A stretch of DNA of 27,547 bases. Source: Deltaproteobacteria bacterium. GTDB lineage: Bacteria > Myxococcota_A > UBA9160 > SMWR01. The notes under the pieces were generated by a model, which was not told the DNA's origin, made no database searches, and worked only from the letters and a program-made list of their open reading frames with translations. Made by a program: the position numbers and the translations under genes. The DNA is taken from assembly GCA_032128375.1 (NCBI GenBank), contig JAQBGU010000219.1:1-27547 (forward strand), in the 5' to 3' direction. Shown here piece after piece: positions 25,937-27,547 of this stretch; position 1 is the stretch's first letter, and every line of letters begins with the position of its first letter.

Positions 25937-27547
25937 TCATTCCGGGTCCACAGCTTCCAGTTCGACTGGGATTCCATTGAGCACGGCGTTTCCGACGACG
26001 GCCTCGATCACTGAATCGTCTGCCAGGTCGTTGAAGTTGATCCCGGGGTGTGCGCTTGCCAATCTCATCCGCATTCCATCGGCGCCGTGTCCCCAACCGT
26101 GTGGGAGTGAAACGACGCCAGCCATGACCTCATCGGAAATCTTCAGGCCGGCGGTCCGGGTCGCGACACGACTGCGGATCGATACACGCTTCGCGCCATC
26201 GAGCCCGAACCGTTTCGCGTCGTCTGGATGCACGATCAATGTGCAGCGGTCGGGGCCTTTGACCGCGAGTGGCGTGTTATGCAACCAGGAATTGTTCGTG
26301 CGCGGATCTCGCCGCCCAATCATCACCAGCTTGTGTTGTCCGATCGGACTGGGAGTGATCGTCGTTGCCAGTCGCTCCAATTCTCCGATGATGACGGGAT
26401 GAGCCAGCGTGATCCGACCGTTCTCGGTCTGAAGACCCCGCGAGAGGCATGCTTCGAGGGGACCCAGGTCGATGCCCTTGCGCTGGGATTCCAGTTCGCC
26501 AATCCGCAGGCCGCGCCGCCACGGGCGGAAGCCATCACCGTAGGGACCATTGCGAAGTGCCCAACCGATCAGACGTCTGGGCGAGAAAAAATTCCCACAA
26601 GCCCGCAGCGCGCGTAGACCGAGGCGGACCCCCGACCTCGGCTCCTTCTGCTCGTAAATGCGCATCGCGAGTTCGATCAGAATCTGCCAATCGTGACGCG
26701 TATGCGCTGACGGCTCGAGTACCGCAGGCGAGTACTTCGCGGTGTTGTGGACCGCGAACTGATGGAATACGACCTCGTAGTTGTCGTGTTCGAGCGACCA
26801 GGTGGGTGGCAGAATCACGTTTGCGTGTCGCGACGTCTCGTTGATGTAGAAGTCGACCGCGCAGAAGAAATCCAGCCCGGCCAGCCCTCGATCGATTGCG
26901 ACCCCGTTGGGCGCGGAAAGCGCGGGGTTGCCTGCCAGAGTCAACAGTCCGCGGATCTGGCCCTGGCCGGGAGTCAACATCTCTTCCGCGAGACAAGCCG
27001 ACGGCTGCTCGTCGCTGAAGCTCGGCGCGCCCCGCACACGGGTCTTCCAATTCTCGGTCGTGCCGCCCATCTGCTTTCCGAGATCGGCCAGGTCGATCGC
27101 AGGAGTCGGGAACATCGCGCCGCCAGCGCGATCGAAATTTCCCGTCACGATGTTGAGTGCACTGGTCAGCCAGACATTCAGCGTCCCGAACGGATTCAGA
27201 CAGATTCCGACTCGGCCGTAACAGACCGCAGTCGGCGCAGCCGCGAAATCGCGCGCGAGCTGGCGAATGGCGTCCGCCGCGATCCCGACGTGTGCCGCGA
27301 CCGACTCGGGTTCGAAGGGTTCCACCGCGCGCTCGAGTGCGTCGAGCCCGTCGAGTTTCTCCCAGACGTGATTGTTCCGTGTCAGCTTCTGCGAAAAGAC
27401 CACGCGCAGCAGCGAAGCGAGCAGCAACCCATCGTGCCCGGGCCGGATGAACAGGTGCTCGTCGGCAATTTTGGCAGTCTCGGTGTAGCGCGGATCGACG
27501 ACGACCAACCGCCCACCGCGCTCGCGCAGCTCGGTCATGCGTTTTCG
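25937..27547 (-). CDS. Molybdopterin-dependent oxidoreductase (DMSO reductase superfamily), 5'-truncated
   Basis: LVVVDPRYTETAKIADEHLFIRPG, GNFDRAGG, VDFYINETSRHANVILP, HPDDAKRFGL and VSLPHGWG. Frame is open to the window edge. Confidence 0.92.
   Translation of the reverse strand, partial: RKRMTELRERGGRLVVVDPRYTETAKIADEHLFIRPGHDGLLLASLLRVVFSQKLTRNNHVWEKLDGLDALERAVEPFEPESVAAHVGIAADAIRQLARDFAAAPTAVCYGRVGICLNPFGTLNVWLTSALNIVTGNFDRAGGAMFPTPAIDLADLGKQMGGTTENWKTRVRGAPSFSDEQPSACLAEEMLTPGQGQIRGLLTLAGNPALSAPNGVAIDRGLAGLDFFCAVDFYINETSRHANVILPPTWSLEHDNYEVVFHQFAVHNTAKYSPAVLEPSAHTRHDWQILIELAMRIYEQKEPRSGVRLGLRALRACGNFFSPRRLIGWALRNGPYGDGFRPWRRGLRIGELESQRKGIDLGPLEACLSRGLQTENGRITLAHPVIIGELERLATTITPSPIGQHKLVMIGRRDPRTNNSWLHNTPLAVKGPDRCTLIVHPDDAKRFGLDGAKRVSIRSRVATRTAGLKISDEVMAGVVSLPHGWGHGADGMRMRLASAHPGINFNDLADDSVIEAVVGNAVLNGIPVELEAVDPE

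Overview
GC-rich bacterial window, probably from an uncultured Myxococcota/deltaproteobacterial-type genome (inferred from gene content, not proven). It is dominated by CoA-dependent lipid catabolism. At 30-4686 an operon encodes a catalytic and a non-catalytic acyl-CoA dehydrogenase subunit, an alpha-methylacyl-CoA-racemase-like CaiB/BaiF enzyme and a ChsH2N/ChsH1-like MaoC hydratase pair. About 13 kb away, a minus-strand unit encodes an Ltp2-like thiolase-fold aldolase, a stand-alone DUF35 protein and a carboxyltransferase. Together these look like a split, rearranged counterpart of the actinobacterial igr (steroid side-chain, retro-aldol) pathway. Between and after them lie a GT-C glycosyltransferase, an isochorismatase-family protein, HspQ, an MFS transporter, a large CSLREA/beta-helix surface protein, an SDR, three crotonases, a heterodimeric ABC transporter, a saccharopine-dehydrogenase-like reductase and a 5'-truncated molybdopterin oxidoreductase. 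The least expected features are an orphan ORF that reads as a divergent L7Ae/L30e-fold RNA-binding protein with a structured intergenic element upstream, and several intergenic heptamer or 12-mer tandem arrays. I saw no rRNA, tRNA, CRISPR, transposase, integrase or regulator gene. All family calls are motif recognition by eye, without database searches.
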